NCBI RefSeq assembly: GCF_006345805.1
Contig: NC_043014.1
Coordinates: 33,976,001-34,040,000, forward strand
Direction: 5' to 3'
Length of the DNA: 64,000 nt
DNA from: Octopus sinensis
Lineage: Eukaryota
Each line of letters starts with the position of its first letter. Position 1 is the first letter of the stretch. The notes beneath the pieces were generated by a model. The model was given only the letters and a program-made list of their open reading frames with translations, made no database searches and was not told the origin of the DNA. Position numbers and translations under genes: made by a program. Of this stretch, positions 47,788 to 60,570 are shown in pieces.

Positions 47788-48519
47788 TGTTATATAAATA
47801 GTTATTTAACCCATGCCACAAAAAAAAAATATTGAATTAGAAAGCCTATCGGTTTACACCGTTTAACTTGTACCAGTATTCAAAGGTATTTTCAGAAGAA
47901 AAAAATCAGTACGCTGTGTACCATTAAAGAATAGCTCCACCGTTGGTCATGACGATCATTTAGACAACTCTCTCGTATAATGGATGGGAAATGAACAATG
48001 TCGAAATAACAGACGTAGGAGATTTGCAGGTATTGTAAGCTACCTTTGAGTCTGATACAACAATTTGAGTCTTATAGCAATAATTCCATCTTCAGTGAAA
48101 GGAAACCACTTTCTTATCTTAATTACGAAGTTCCACTAGGAACGTTGAACAATCGGATTTAAACCTTCAAACAATGATCACATTATCAAAAAGCTCATTA
48201 ATTAAAAGTACTGGTGCCTTTCTTCGCTGTAAATTTTCGTACTTAAATTTCCATTGCTTCGATCAATTTCTAATAATTTAATGTTCTTCAGTCTTTAATA
48301 TAAGAAACTCGAGAGATTTTTGTATTCTGATATTTTATTGCCGAATCCTCTCCCGTCTCGGCCTCTCTATCACACTAGCCCTATTCACTCTCTGGTCATA
48401 TGTTTGACTATATCACCTATCTTCTCATCCTCTTTTATCTTGTTATCTCTTTTACTTTCTCTCTCCCTTATCCTTTCTCTTTCTCCTTCTACCCCATGTA
48501 GAGATCTGAACTCATAAGT

Positions 48520-49060
48520 AACGCTCGGAAAGCTGCAATATACAAATATGTGTTACCTTATGTTTATATCTGTTTCCGGCTCTACATAAAAGGTTGCCAT
48601 CCTCGGTTGAAACGGGATTGCGTACCGAATCAAGGACATTCCACGTGAACTTGCAAAAAAAGATCTCATATTCTTCAAATCGCAACCAACCGTCTTTAAA
48701 ACAGAAAAAGGGACAAATTACATCCAATAATTTAGTTTTAGATATTCTATGTCTGAAGGAAGAAATATATAGAATACAGCCGGAACATCTTTGATCGTAG
48801 GTTGGCTTGAGGATTACGAGAGACTTACTCGAAACCATTGACTGACACTAAATATAGTTAACGTCTGGACAGTTTTCCGTCCTCTACCACAGCACTTACG
48901 CTATAGTCTCCATTTCAATCGTGAAGCATTCCCAGTATATCTTACTTAAGTTCCATACACTTAACGTCTTCTCTGAAGCATAAATCATTCACTGTCTCCA
49001 AAACTCGGTTGTACAGTCAAGTAAGCAAAATTCTTCCAGCTTCCTTGAATAAATGTCTTG
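48520..49060 (-). mobile_element. Decayed LINE reverse-transcriptase C-terminal fragment (CR1/Jockey-like)
   Basis: Minus-strand pieces DILGM...SAVV..KLSRR.LYLV...SRNPQ with stops. Confidence 0.45.
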
Positions 49061-49177
49061 TCCCTTAACTCTTTTAATATCATTAGTTTATGTTTACCAT
49101 ACGTCAACTACACTTCATTCAATACTCAACAGGTATTTAACCACCTTGACTAAAAGTTGTTTCAGGAAGTTTTTTAA

Positions 49178-49525
49178 GGCGCAAGAGTGGCTGTGGTAAG
49201 TAGCTTGCTTACCAACCACATGATTCTGGGTTCAGTCCCACTGTGTGTCACCTTGGGCAAGTGTCTTCTACTATAGCTTTGTGAGTGGATTTGGTAGATG
49301 GAAACTGAAAGAAACCCGTCGTGTATATATGTGTGTGTGTGTTTGTGTATCTGTGCTTGTCCCCCACCATCGCTTGACAACCGATGCTGGTGTGTTTACG
49401 TCTCCGTAACTTAGCGGTTCGGCAAAAGTGACCGAAAGAATAAGTACTACTGGGGTTGATTTGTTCGACTAAGGGCGGTGCTTCAGCATGGCCGCAGTCA
49501 AATGACTGAAACAAATAAAAGAATA
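49178..49525 (+). mobile_element. SINE family B
   Basis: aagagtggctgtggtaagtagc...gactgaaacaaataaaaga. Confidence 0.88.
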
Positions 49526-49582
49526 AAAGTATAAAAGTAATTTTCCGCTCTTCTACACTTAAGAAAATTGTTTCCTGAGTGA

Positions 49583-49640
<58 letters not shown>

Positions 49641-49798
49641 TATTTGTTTCACTAGACTTCCGGGCAGGAATTCAGTAGAGTGTTTCCCGGTTAACTACAT
49701 TAGTTAGATATGAAGTTTAAGACTTGGGGAGGAAGTGTGTGTGTGGGGGGGTGGGGGTCCTAAGTGGAGAGTTGTAGCATTCATACAGTTCTCGAGAG

Positions 49799-50085
49799 CA
49801 GTGGTTCCCAAACTTTTAACTGGCCGCCGTCTCCTTGGTTCTAAGGCCACATTCCTACTGCCCGCCCCCCGCTCACCATCACAGACAGACCATTTTCTGC
49901 AGCAAATTCAAAACAGTATTTCAGAAATAAAACTTAACCTCATTGACCCTATATTTTGCTTATCTTTTTTTTACATCCTCTGTTCTATTTTGGTTATCCC
50001 CTTGTCGCCCCATTTTTCTTCAACGACTCCCTGGATCTTTCCACCGCCCTTAGTCGGGTGGTACCACCCACTCTGGGAACCACTG
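49799..50085. mobile_element. hAT (Charlie-type) MITE
   Basis: CAGTGGTTCCCA...TGGGAACCACTG TIRs; flanks ctcgagag / ctctagaa. Confidence 0.8.
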
Positions 50086-50183
50086 CTCTAGAACATCAGC
50101 AGCATAAAGAATCTAAAATCGAAACTGATTTGTGGACTCGAACTCTTCTTTCTTTCTTTCCTGCCTTTCTCAACTTTCTCAAC

Positions 50184-50189
50184 TTTCGG

Positions 50190-50277
<88 letters not shown>

Positions 50278-50382
50278 ACTTTCCTTGCCACTTTCACTCT
50301 TAATTCATTTGTCTGACTGTGTCACCCATCTCTCCTATCCCCCATCCCCCACTCTTCCCACACTCTCTCTCTATCTCTATCC

Positions 50383-50425
<43 letters not shown>
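50184..50425. repeat. (CT)n-(CA)n and (TCTA)n microsatellites
   Basis: Directly visible. Confidence 0.95.
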
Positions 50426-50432
<7 letters not shown>

Positions 50433-50887
50433 ATCTCCTTCCGTTTTCCTTTCTTCCCAAAACTAGATCAATTCCTACAAAACATACCAAAATATTTTTA
50501 ATTATGTTTGTCTACAATGCATTTCATATTCTAGTCTTAGCTTCATGCTTAAAATCTCTGCCAGATGTAAGACTAAGTATAAAAATATATACTATAAAAT
50601 ATTTGCACAATCTTTCCTTATACCCTCCTTATATTCTCTTCCCTTATTACAAAACGATCTCCTTCGCTCATTCTCGGTAGACTTTTTCATCTGAAATAAT
50701 CAGACAAGGTCGGATTATTTCAGTTGCTCCTTCCTTTCTCCCCATCTTCTCTCTCTCGTCCAACACTTTCTCTCTAACTTTTAATCTCTTTTCTATCTTT
50801 ATATGTTGTGCTTGATGCAAATTACAGTCAACACCTACGTAGCAATTGATATAAATCACGTGGTATATGTATAATCATTTGAACTAT

Positions 50888-51490
50888 AGAGACAGGGCCT
50901 GAAATTTGGGTGAGGGGGATAGGCGATTACATCGATCCCCAGTGTTTCACTAGAACTTAATTTATCGATCCCGAAAGGATTATAGGCAAAGTCGACATCG
51001 GTTGAATTTGAACTCAGAACGTTGCGACGAGCGAAATACCACTAAGCATTTCGTCCAGCGTGCTAACGATTCTTATTTCTTTATTGCCCACAAGGGGCTA
51101 AACATAGAAGGAACAAACAAGGACAGACAAACGGATTAAGTCGATTACATCGACCCCTGTGCGTAACTGGTACTTATTTAATCGACCCCGAAAGGATGAA
51201 AGGCGAAGTCGACCTCGGTGGAATTTGAACTCAGAACGTAGCGGCAGACGAAATACCTATTTCTTTACGACCCACAAGAGGCTAAACACAGAGAGGACAA
51301 ACAAGGACAGACAAACGGAGTAAGTCGATTACATCGACCTCAGTGTGTAACTAGTACTTAATTTATCGACCCCGAAAGGATGAAAGGCAAAGTCGACCTC
51401 GGCGGTATTTGAACTCAGCACGTAGCGGCAGACGAAATACCGCTAAGAATTTCGCCCGGCATGCTAACCATTCTGCCAGCTCGCCGCCTT
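50888..51490 (-). mobile_element. Cluster of three SINE family A bodies
   Basis: Three successive cores; head at ~51450-51490. Confidence 0.85.
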
Positions 51491-52487
51491 AATGACATGC
51501 ATAATAATAAGTAGCATTCTGACGAAACAAGCTACAAACTTCCACAGAGTCGGTGTTGACTCCTGATGTTTCTAGCATTAACCAAACCAGAAACAACCAC
51601 ATCAATGCAGAGAAAGATATTCCAATTTAGATAAGTTTTTTCATGAAGATTTTTAAATGCTTAATTAACGCGCCCATGAGTATTGCAGACTCTTCGAGAC
51701 TTATGGAGAAAGACAGAAATAGATTATAATAAATGTGCAACGAGTTATTGAGTTATGCAAGTACAAGAGATTAAGGAAAGTAAGAAATAAACTATATAGG
51801 GGTTACTATAGTAGGAAGCAGCGCAACAATGCATTAAGCTGTCCACAAATCGGAGACCAGATCCGAATGCTTACGACTGAGTGGAATCTGGGGAAGACAA
51901 CCTTTGCCTAAAAGATATTGAATAACCTAGAAATCAAAGATACTGCGCAGTGAAATTGAACCCGGAATCACATGATCGCAAGGCGAATTTCTTAACTACA
52001 CGACCATACCTACAGCCCCTAATCTACAGCTAAATATGCTGATGTAGTGATAGAATTGAAAACATCCTACCATAGAAAGCTAGCTAAACTTGCATTGTAT
52101 GTCATGAACATGTAATCCAAGAGACTGTAAGTCAGCCTTTCCACTCAGCCTTTCCACTCGATATTTCCACTCGATATTTCCACACAGCCTTTAGAGTCTA
52201 AGCAAATACATTTTCGAATATTTTCGAGTATTTCAATTCATATTTTTCGATGAAAACCTCGAAATCAGTTTTGAAACATCTTTAAAGAATGTATCTTTTC
52301 CAGGAATATCATTAAACTACAGTGTTTACTCTTTATCCTAAAGATCCAAAATGCTTGTGTTCCTTCCCACTCCCCTTAGAAAATGGTGATACTAATAAAC
52401 CGCAGAAATCCTTTTGTTTTCTCTGTCAATTTCTAATTCTAATAGAATATTTAGTTAATCAGATTAAATCACGTTTTAATGTTTAGA

Positions 52488-52985
52488 CTAGCTATTTTGA
52501 CCCGTGCTTCGCTCGGGTTTTGGTGATGGTGTTGTTTTGTGCGTGTTGTCTCCTTTTCCCGTTCTTCTTTTGTTCGTCTTCTTTGCCTGGTTCTTTTTAT
52601 TGCCCTCTTCTTTTTCTTCTTTCTCTTCTTCCACTCTTTCTTTTTTTTCCTTTTCCCATATTCCTCACCATGGCAACCAAACGGTAGCCCCGAGCGGCTT
52701 GCAACCCTCCTCACACCATTGCCCACCCCATTGCTCACCATTGCTCACACCATTGCCCACCCCCAGTGTAAAGTTTGGCGCCAATCTGACCCCATCTACC
52801 GCCCCTTAAACCGTTCCCATCCCAAAATGAGACAAATAACCAAGAAATCAAACAACTTTTTCGCATTTCAGCTTTATAGATATTGATGATTAAAACTAAT
52901 GTAAGATCAAATAAGTGGTGAAAAATATTTTTTAAAAATGACAATATTAGTTGATAACATCTACTGTTTATAACTCGCTCTAAGA
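52488..52985 (-). mobile_element. Helitron-like element with internal simple repeats
   Basis: Minus-strand 3' end CCCGAGCGAAGCACGGG...GCTAG; 5' boundary uncertain. Confidence 0.55.
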
Positions 52986-53747
52986 TTTATTATTGCTTGT
53001 TTACACTTTTTCGATATCAGTGTTTGTACAATACTGGAAAAGGGATATGTATTTGTGAAGGGAACCTACTTTTCATCGACAACTGTGATTGTCACACGCC
53101 GATGACGGGTCAATACTCAGAAACTCGAGTCCGTGTGTATCATAAGTTGAAGACGGGAAGGATGGCTTCCCTTTGCAAATACTGATAGGGCACAGAAAGT
53201 GTGTTTATAGTCAGCCGGAGGAGGTGTCCTCCTGGGGCTACAAACTACAGTAGCATCCACCATTAGGGGTTAGCCATATTTAAATGGCATATATACGTCA
53301 TAATAGTATTTTGTTGTTGACAAATAAGAGATACAGGAGAACGTTATGATAACGCACTTTGAAGTGCATGATGGGTACTAAAACGTCACGTAGGCAAAAA
53401 AGAACTCAATATGACTGCATAGTGATTAAAAAAGTGAATATTCTATTTGTATTCTCTGTTTTCTGTAAACTATTAATTATTTCTCCTATATTAAAAAGAA
53501 TGAAGTTTCCATAGGATTTTCAGAAGTGGGAAGTACTAAGAATGGTAAAACTAACCAACCAACCAAAAACATTAGTACATAAGCACACGAATGATAACAA
53601 GAATTATCAATTGATAGAAGCGCATAACTGGTGCCAGCTTGGATCATATATCCCCATAAACCAAAAAGTTTTTTTGAAGAAAAATATTTTGCAAACAGGA
53701 ATAAATAGATAGATAGATATCTCTCTATTGGACTTTCTTCTGTTTCC

Positions 53748-53784
53748 TATTTCTGAAGAAGAGCTTTGCTCGAAACGCAAAACC
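53748..53784 (+). ncRNA. Degenerate minimal hammerhead-ribozyme-like core
   Basis: CTGAAGA-A-GAGC-ttt-GCTC-GAAAC-GCA; same family as 28934; cleavage triplet GCA instead of GTA. Confidence 0.5.
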
Positions 53785-54009
53785 ATCTTTCTTTCCTTCC
53801 CTGAGCGTCTACTAATACTTTACATGTATCACATCCTCACATTGTTTTTTTTGTTTGTTCTTCGTTTTTTTTTTTTTTTGGAGGGAAGATTTAACTATAC
53901 ACACACACACACCTTTACGTAACAGCCAACTAACAACTCTACCTGTGTATATATAAAATGTGGGGTTTGGGGTATGACTACCTTCTACGTACATTTCCTA
54001 TGTAGTACT

Positions 54010-54240
54010 GGGGATGTTTCATTTATGAGGACGTTCTCCTGTATTTGTCTGAGTGTTGGGTCCTTCGGATACTTTGATAAAACGCGGATGTCAATTTGAC
54101 CCATTGCGCCTCAATGTTGGTCTTTGGCATATTGGTAGAATATGGAGGATTGCTTTTGTTGCCGTCATATTGTCTCAAATGTTCATTTAGTCTCTCCGCA
54201 ATGCTTCTAGATGTCTCGTCTATGTATATCATGTTCTTGA
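54010..54240 (-). mobile_element. Penelope-like GIY-YIG endonuclease fragment
   Basis: IYIDETSRSIAERLNEHLR, then after a frameshift IRVLSKYPKDPTLRQIQENVLINE. Confidence 0.7.
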
Positions 54241-54457
54241 AAAGGTTGCAAGAAGCAACAAAAATTTTAGAAAAAATAAATAAGTAAATGAGTGGAAATC
54301 GAACCGGTGAGTGTGTTAAGTAATAAGGTACTAATAAGGCACATTTCGAATTATGAATACTACTAGATTCTAAATTTGGCCAGAGTACATTTCGTCCACT
54401 GGCCTTAAACGAAATTTAAGGAATAAGTTTCAATGATAGATGTATGAGTGTGTGAGT

Positions 54458-54524
<67 letters not shown>

Positions 54525-54525
<1 letters not shown>

Positions 54526-54740
54526 CTTAGACCATCAACGCGAGGAAGAGTTCTACGGCTTAAGACGTCGCATGCGGCTTATCTTGTGTATTTTCAGACC
54601 TGACCAACTCCATCCTCCCCTTGGTCAGATCATACCTTATTTATTTCAGAAAGGGAGACTCGAGAGAAAAGTAGAAGGAGAGAAAGAGGAGAAGCGACAC
54701 CAATATAATTATGGTATCAAATTTATGAATCCCGAACAGA
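54525..54740. repeat. 216-bp direct repeat, second copy at 55772-55987
   Basis: ccttagaccatcaac...cccgaacaga occurs twice, each preceded by a TG tract. Confidence 0.9.
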
Positions 54741-54911
54741 GTCACTAAGTCAAATATAATTTAGGAATATAAGATATGCTGATTTTACTTGTAAACCAGG
54801 ATATTGTACGCAATATGTTGGAATATTTCCTCCTGCATCATGTTTCAGAAGATTCAGATGAAAGGGTGGTACAACCGCTTCAAGTTATTCCTCTCTCTAT
54901 ATATATATATT

Positions 54912-55215
54912 CTAGCTGACGTACCCGGTAATTTCCAGGAACGCGGAGCTTATCTATTGGTTCCGTTCTCATAATTGTTTCGCCAATCCAGTAACAACAA
55001 TACAAAGTATGTGGCCATAAAACGGTTTTTTATGCATTTATTGAGAATATCGTACTGTCTTACACAGGATCTTGTTTTTAGGAATTCCCAATAAGTTATG
55101 AATACCGAAATTGTGAAGTCAGTTATGTAATAACATGAAATGAATTACCCGATAGTAAGAATTCAAATAAAGTAGCCCCGAAAAGGGTTTTTAATACAAC
55201 CCCAGAGTATATAGA
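54912..55215 (-). mobile_element. Non-autonomous Helitron
   Basis: Minus strand: TCTATATAC start and hairpin-like end ...AATTACCGGGTACGTCAGCTAG. Confidence 0.65.
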
Positions 55216-55221
55216 TTTTGC

Positions 55222-55758
55222 TACAACATCCTTCATTAGCAATTCCTCGCTCAAAATTCGTTGGCAGGAGCTTCAGAATACAACAGTCATATCAACAAGT
55301 TTATCAATTATTCGGTCCTCCAAGATCAGTTTATGAATTTTCATGATGTTTTCATCCATTCGGAAGGTCGACGGTCGCCCTGAGCGAAGTTGGTCTTCAA
55401 GCGACAAGTGACCATTCCTAAAACGTGGAAACCACTCGTAAACTTGTGTTTTGCTTATGGCAGCGTACTTGTAAGCTGTTTCAAGCATGACAACTGTTTC
55501 GGCCGCCCTTTTCCCCAGCAGAAAATAGAATTTCACGGAAGCACGCTGTTCTTTCGTTTCAGCCATCGCAAACATCGACGAACAAGGGAGAAGCACTGCA
55601 AAGCAAAGGCGCATCACATGGCAGTATGACTTCAACGGAGGACGCCTGTCGGCAGACTGATGCCTGAGGGTTGCATCAAGTAGCTTCTAGCGGCAGAAGA
55701 CCGAACTACAATGTGCTTGTCCCACATGTTTCCGGATACTTATGGGTACCTCCCACGT
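55222..55758 (-). mobile_element. Mariner 5' fragment (TIR plus HTH region)
   Basis: KEQRASVKFYFLLGKRAAETVVML..AY...SKTQVYEWF.RF.NG..SLED..RSGRPS; TIR-like end at ~55730-55758. Confidence 0.88.
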
Positions 55759-56475
55759 GTTTGTGTGTGTACCTTAGACCATCAACTCGAGGAAGAGTTG
55801 TAGGGCTTAAGACGTCGCATACGGCGTATCTTGTGCATTTTCAGACCTGACCAACTCCATCCCCCACTTGGTCAGATCACACCCTATTTATTTCAGAAAG
55901 GGAGACTCAAAAGAAAAGTAGAAGGAGAGAAAGAGGAGAAGCGACACCAATATAATTATGGTATCAAATTTATGAACCCCGAACAGATGAAAGCCAACAC
56001 TGACCTCGGTGCGATGTGAACTCAGAAAGCAGAGACGTCAAGATTACCAACGATTACGGCTAGGCAATCTATCCGACTGTTAGGAGAGATAAAGATTCCA
56101 ATCTTGTAATAATAGATACAAATGACCTGCTTCTTTTTCCTTTTCTTCTTGACAACATTTAAAATTTTATCTCCACCCATTCTGATTAATGCTAAATGTT
56201 TCTTATTTAAGCGAGACGGCCGATTATTTTCTGCACTGTTTTTATAAACGGTTCTGATGAAACAATTCCCTCAGCTACTAAGTAATTTACATTGCGTAGC
56301 ATGCATGACGGGATCGTGGTTGGCATACATGTCTATAAATACAATATTTAAATAGCCACCATGGAGTTAGTGTAAGAATTGTCAGTTATGAAATAAAAAT
56401 ATCAAATACCAATCTTCAATGTGTGTTTGTGTGTGTGTGTGTGTGTTACTTGTATCAGTCATTAGACTGCAGTTA

Positions 56476-56935
56476 CCGTAAATCCTCGAGTATAATCCGC
56501 ATTTTATCCCCAAAATTTAAAGGTCAAAATCCCTAGTGCGTACTATACACGAGGTTAGAAATGGAAATTATTTTCTAAGCAATGTCCGAGTCTCTATTTG
56601 CTGTCCGGCAATGTTTATTCAGACGCATTTTGTGATGTCGGGCGCGAAAGCAATGAAGTCATAAAAGAATCATCCATAACTTGCAGTAAGCAACATTTAT
56701 TAAACGTTATTACTGTTATTACTGTTATTCCTTTATTTTCTGCAGACAAAATGCACAAAAATGCTACACGTTTGCATTATGTTATATATAAAATAATAAT
56801 AAAGGACGTTATTATTGTCTCAAGTTAGAGAAGGGGTGCGTATTATACACAAGGTTTAGGTTTTTCAGAGGTACAGCCCCCTAAAAATCCCCTGCGTATT
56901 ATACTCAAGGGCGGACTATACTCGAGGATTTACGG
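56476..56935. mobile_element. pogo/Tigger-like MITE with TA TSD
   Basis: TA|CCGTAAATCCTCGAGTATAATCCGC ... GCGGACTATACTCGAGGATTTACGG|TA. Confidence 0.9.
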
Positions 56936-57301
56936 TATGCAGGGATATAGCTTTGAAGAATTTTAGTCGACTGAATCGACCCCAGTACATTTTTAAAGCC
57001 AGGTGCTTATTCTATCGGGTTTCTATTGCCGAACCGCTAGTTTACAGGAACATAAATATACCAACACCGGTTGTCAAGCGATGTTGGGACACACACACGC
57101 GCGCGCGCGCGCGCGCGCACGCACATGTTACAAAGCCCCATTAGGGGTTAAATAAGAATGCAAACGCATTCTTTCAGTGCTATTGGTGTGCAGCAAAAGA
57201 GAAGAGAAAGTATCCTAAAGGAATGCGTCACGATTTGTAAACCGCTCTTCAGAGAAATGCGTATCCGGCTTCCTTCTAAAATCGATATCATAATTCAGTT
57301 T

Positions 57302-57541
57302 AAAGGCGGCGAGCTGGCAGAAACTTTAGCACGCCGGGCGAAATGCTTAACGGTATTTCGTCTGCCGTTACGTTCTGAGTTCAAATTCCGCCGAGGTCGA
57401 CTTTACCTTTCATCCTTTCGGGGTCGATTAAATAAGTACCAGTTACGCACTGGGGTCGATATAATCGACTTAATCCGTTTGTCTGTTCTTGTGTGTCCTC
57501 TCTGTGTTTAGCCCCTTGTGGATAGTAAAGAAATAGAAATA
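57302..57541 (+). mobile_element. Full-length SINE family A with 18-bp TSD
   Basis: TSD gatatcataattcagttt at 57284-57301 and 57542-57559. Confidence 0.93.
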
Positions 57542-58134
57542 GATATCATAATTCAGTTTCTATATAACAGTCATGAATTAGGCTAGAGTCGTTTTAGCTA
57601 GACTAATTTGCATATTTACTGCTTTCAACTGTTCGTCATTAATTAATATTTATGCACAACGCAGCGTAAGTCAGAACTGAAATAAATTTAGATATTACAA
57701 AGCCTCACTGTGAGTTAAATGAGAATGTAAACATATTCATTCTATGCTATTGATGTAAAGGCAGGAAAAATGAGTGAGTTGATCGATTCTCTGAGAAAAC
57801 TTTACGTAGCAAACTGGCCTATGATTAAGGAAAGAAGGCGAGTAGTACGAAATTAATGTTAACTGCGGCTGCGAATGGGGGAACACCAAAACACATTCTT
57901 TGAGTGTATACATACCCACTTATGTCAGTTTTATACACACACACACACACAGAGCGGTTGAACAAATTACTGAAAACATCACTATTTAGCTATTTTCAAT
58001 TATCAATGACAATTTCAAAACAGTTCTTATCTCTGTGTGTGTGTTCATGTGCATTATGTATGCCTTGTATTTCACAATATAACCTTCTGTAATTTTCCAT
58101 TTTTTTGTAGCTATTTATATTTAGATAAATTAAA

Positions 58135-58929
58135 ATGCGTGACCTACTGGCTTTCCAAAGAGTACAAATTGTTAGAGCGAGCATGCTTGCAGCTTCCATC
58201 ACAACTACTGATTTTCTTTTTTTTTTATATGTTTCTAGAGATGTAATCTCTAAAATCATGTTGACATTCCTAAACCAAAGTGAAACCAGCTCTTGAAATC
58301 ATAACTCTGGACGAAAGACAAAGCTCACAGAGAGGAACTGCAGAATAGCAAAACGTATTGCAACTAGAAATCATTCGAGCAAAAGTAACAACAGAGCTAA
58401 GCCACCGCATTGGTATCTCTTTATCAACCAAAACCGTTCGTCGTGAGGTCCGTAAAGCCACCACCTTGCTAACTCTTTATCAACCAAACCGTTCGTCGCG
58501 AGGTCCGTAAAGCTACCACCTTGCTAACTCTTTATCAACCAAAACCGCTCGTCATGAGGTCCGTAAAGCCACCACCTTTCTAACTCTTTATCAACCAAAA
58601 CCGTTCGTCATGAGGTTCGTAAAGCAATTGCTGAGCTTCACCTGTTCCCCATCAACATAAAAACTTGTGTCTGGATTATCGGTTTATGGCTCAACGGCAT
58701 AATGTCATCTTTAGTGAATTATCTGGTGAATTATCCATCGTCTCTGAAAGAGCTAAAGCAGATTTTACTTGAGGAACGCCCGAAATTTCCCTAACAACTG
58801 TTTGTAACCTGTACGGGTCAATTCCTTGATCTATTAAAGCTGTGACTGATTTAAAACATAGACTAATTCCTTATCAAAAATTATAAATTCCATTTAACAA
58901 GGAGTTTTCATTATTTTGACCAATCCCTG
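58135..58929 (+). mobile_element. Internally deleted Tc1 transposon relic
   Basis: MRDLLAFQRVQIVRASM.., HNSGRKTKL.., AKVTTELSHRIGISLSTKTVRREVRKA, NVIFSE; right TIR ends ...ttttgaccaatccctg|TA. Confidence 0.8.
58416..58627. repeat. 56-bp minisatellite (~3.8 copies) inside the Tc1 relic
   Basis: ttatcaaccaaaaccgttcgtcgtgaggtccgtaaagccaccaccttgctaactct at 58421, 58477, 58532 and 58588. Confidence 0.95.
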
Positions 58930-58959
58930 TATGTACGTACGTATGCTTGTATGTATATT

Positions 58960-59140
58960 TGTGTGTGTATGTATGTATGTATGTATGTATGTAGGTAGGT
59001 AGGTATGTAGGTAGGTAGGTAGGTAGGTAGGTAGGTGGGTAGGTGGGTAAGTAGGTAGGTAGGTAGCTGTGTGTGTGTATGTAGGTACGTAGCTGTGTGT
59101 GTGTATGTAGGTACGTAGCTGTGTGTGTATGCATGTATGT
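58960..59140. repeat. Compound (TATG)/(TAGG) microsatellite
   Basis: Directly visible. Confidence 0.9.
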
Positions 59141-59479
59141 ATTTATGCACATAATTGTTAGATAAATCAACTTAGTAAGAATTTCATATTACTAAACTAT
59201 TAATAGATTTATAATAGGCGGATATTTCAAACATACTTAGAGACAATATATAAATACATAGCGAAGGACGTCTCCAAACGTTCAAAAAGCACGTCCCCAG
59301 GAGAAAACAGAAAAATGCCATTAGTAACGACTGTTTGTGGAAATGACAATAAATTAGACAAATAAACAAATAATAAGCAAAGTGGAAAGAGAGAAAGAGA
59401 GATACAGACAGACAGAGACAGAGACAAACAGATAGAAACAGAGAGAAAGATAGAATGAAAGAGAAGAAAAACAAAGTTA

Positions 59480-60140
59480 ATATGAGAGTGAGACAATACC
59501 CACGAGTTCAAAATTCAAAAGCAACAGTACAATAAGACGCATAGGTCCAAAGCAATTGCAGCACAGAAGACTTATTTAGACTTTCAAACACACACAAACT
59601 ATTAACTCAACACAACCAGTTTATGTAGTAGTGTCAGAGAGTGCGATGAAAATTTCGACACTACGTAATAAAGGATTTACGATTTTCAAATTACCCCCAC
59701 TGACCACTGACCAACCTATATCTTAATTCTTTTTCTTTTTTCTTTTCCTTATTCTCTTTATTCATACCTTCGGGGGTTTTATTCGTTTTTTTTTTTTTTA
59801 CTAATCTTTTTTCTTCTTTCGCTTTAATTCTTTCTTTCTCTCCTCTTTTTATCTCTCCTTTTTTTTTTTCATTCCTCTCTTCCAGTTTTCAATTTGGCCA
59901 AACTAATACACTCCCTATTTCTAGGTCAGTTTAAACACAAACCTCGAATCTGCTACATTCTATATAAATTCTCTACTGGGAAGGACCAACTTTAAGAGAA
60001 TCTTACATCTATTTTCTTTCCGCCACCTCACTCTCTATTTTATATCACATCTAAACTAACTATTACTTAACTTTTCCTCTCACACCGTCTCCGATGAAGG
60101 GATATTATTAATAAATATCCTAGAAACAGCTGTAAGAGCT
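59480..60140 (+). mobile_element. Probable Penelope-like 3' relic ending in a degenerate hammerhead core (60086-60138)
   Basis: CCGATGA-A-GGGATATT..AATATCC..GAAAC-AGCT-GTA with palindromic ACAGCTGT; upstream protein similarity is weak. Confidence 0.4.
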
Positions 60141-60371
60141 TCTATCTATACGTGCTCTAATATCTATACAGCCTTGGGTTTTTTTTAGCTCATTACACAA
60201 AAAATTCATATATACGCGCGCTGATATAGAACCAACGTTGAACCCTTTATTCGCAATATTACCGAATCTGGAACGTAACTATGGTCTGTCTATAGCACTT
60301 ATTCAGCATTACCTGACACCTGTGGGTTTCAATGACACCATTATCTCTTATAACCTATACATATATATATA

Positions 60372-60404
<33 letters not shown>

Positions 60405-60406
<2 letters not shown>

Positions 60407-60570
60407 CGACGGGCTATATAAGTTTCCGTCTTCCAAATCCACTCACAAGGCTTTGGTCGGCCCGAGGCTATAGTAGAAGACATCTGCCCAAGGTGCCACG
60501 TAGTGGGACTGAACCCGGAACCATGTGGTTCGTAAGCAAGCTACTTACGACACAGCTTCTCCTACGCCTA
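60405..60570 (-). mobile_element. SINE family B, 5' half
   Basis: tttccgtcttccaaatccactcac...ctcctacgcct. Confidence 0.8.

Noticed and set aside
49655-49710. Promoter of a second gene (ETS-like ACTTCCGG; also at ~44823)
   Set aside because: No associated coding exons found on either strand; such motifs occur by chance.
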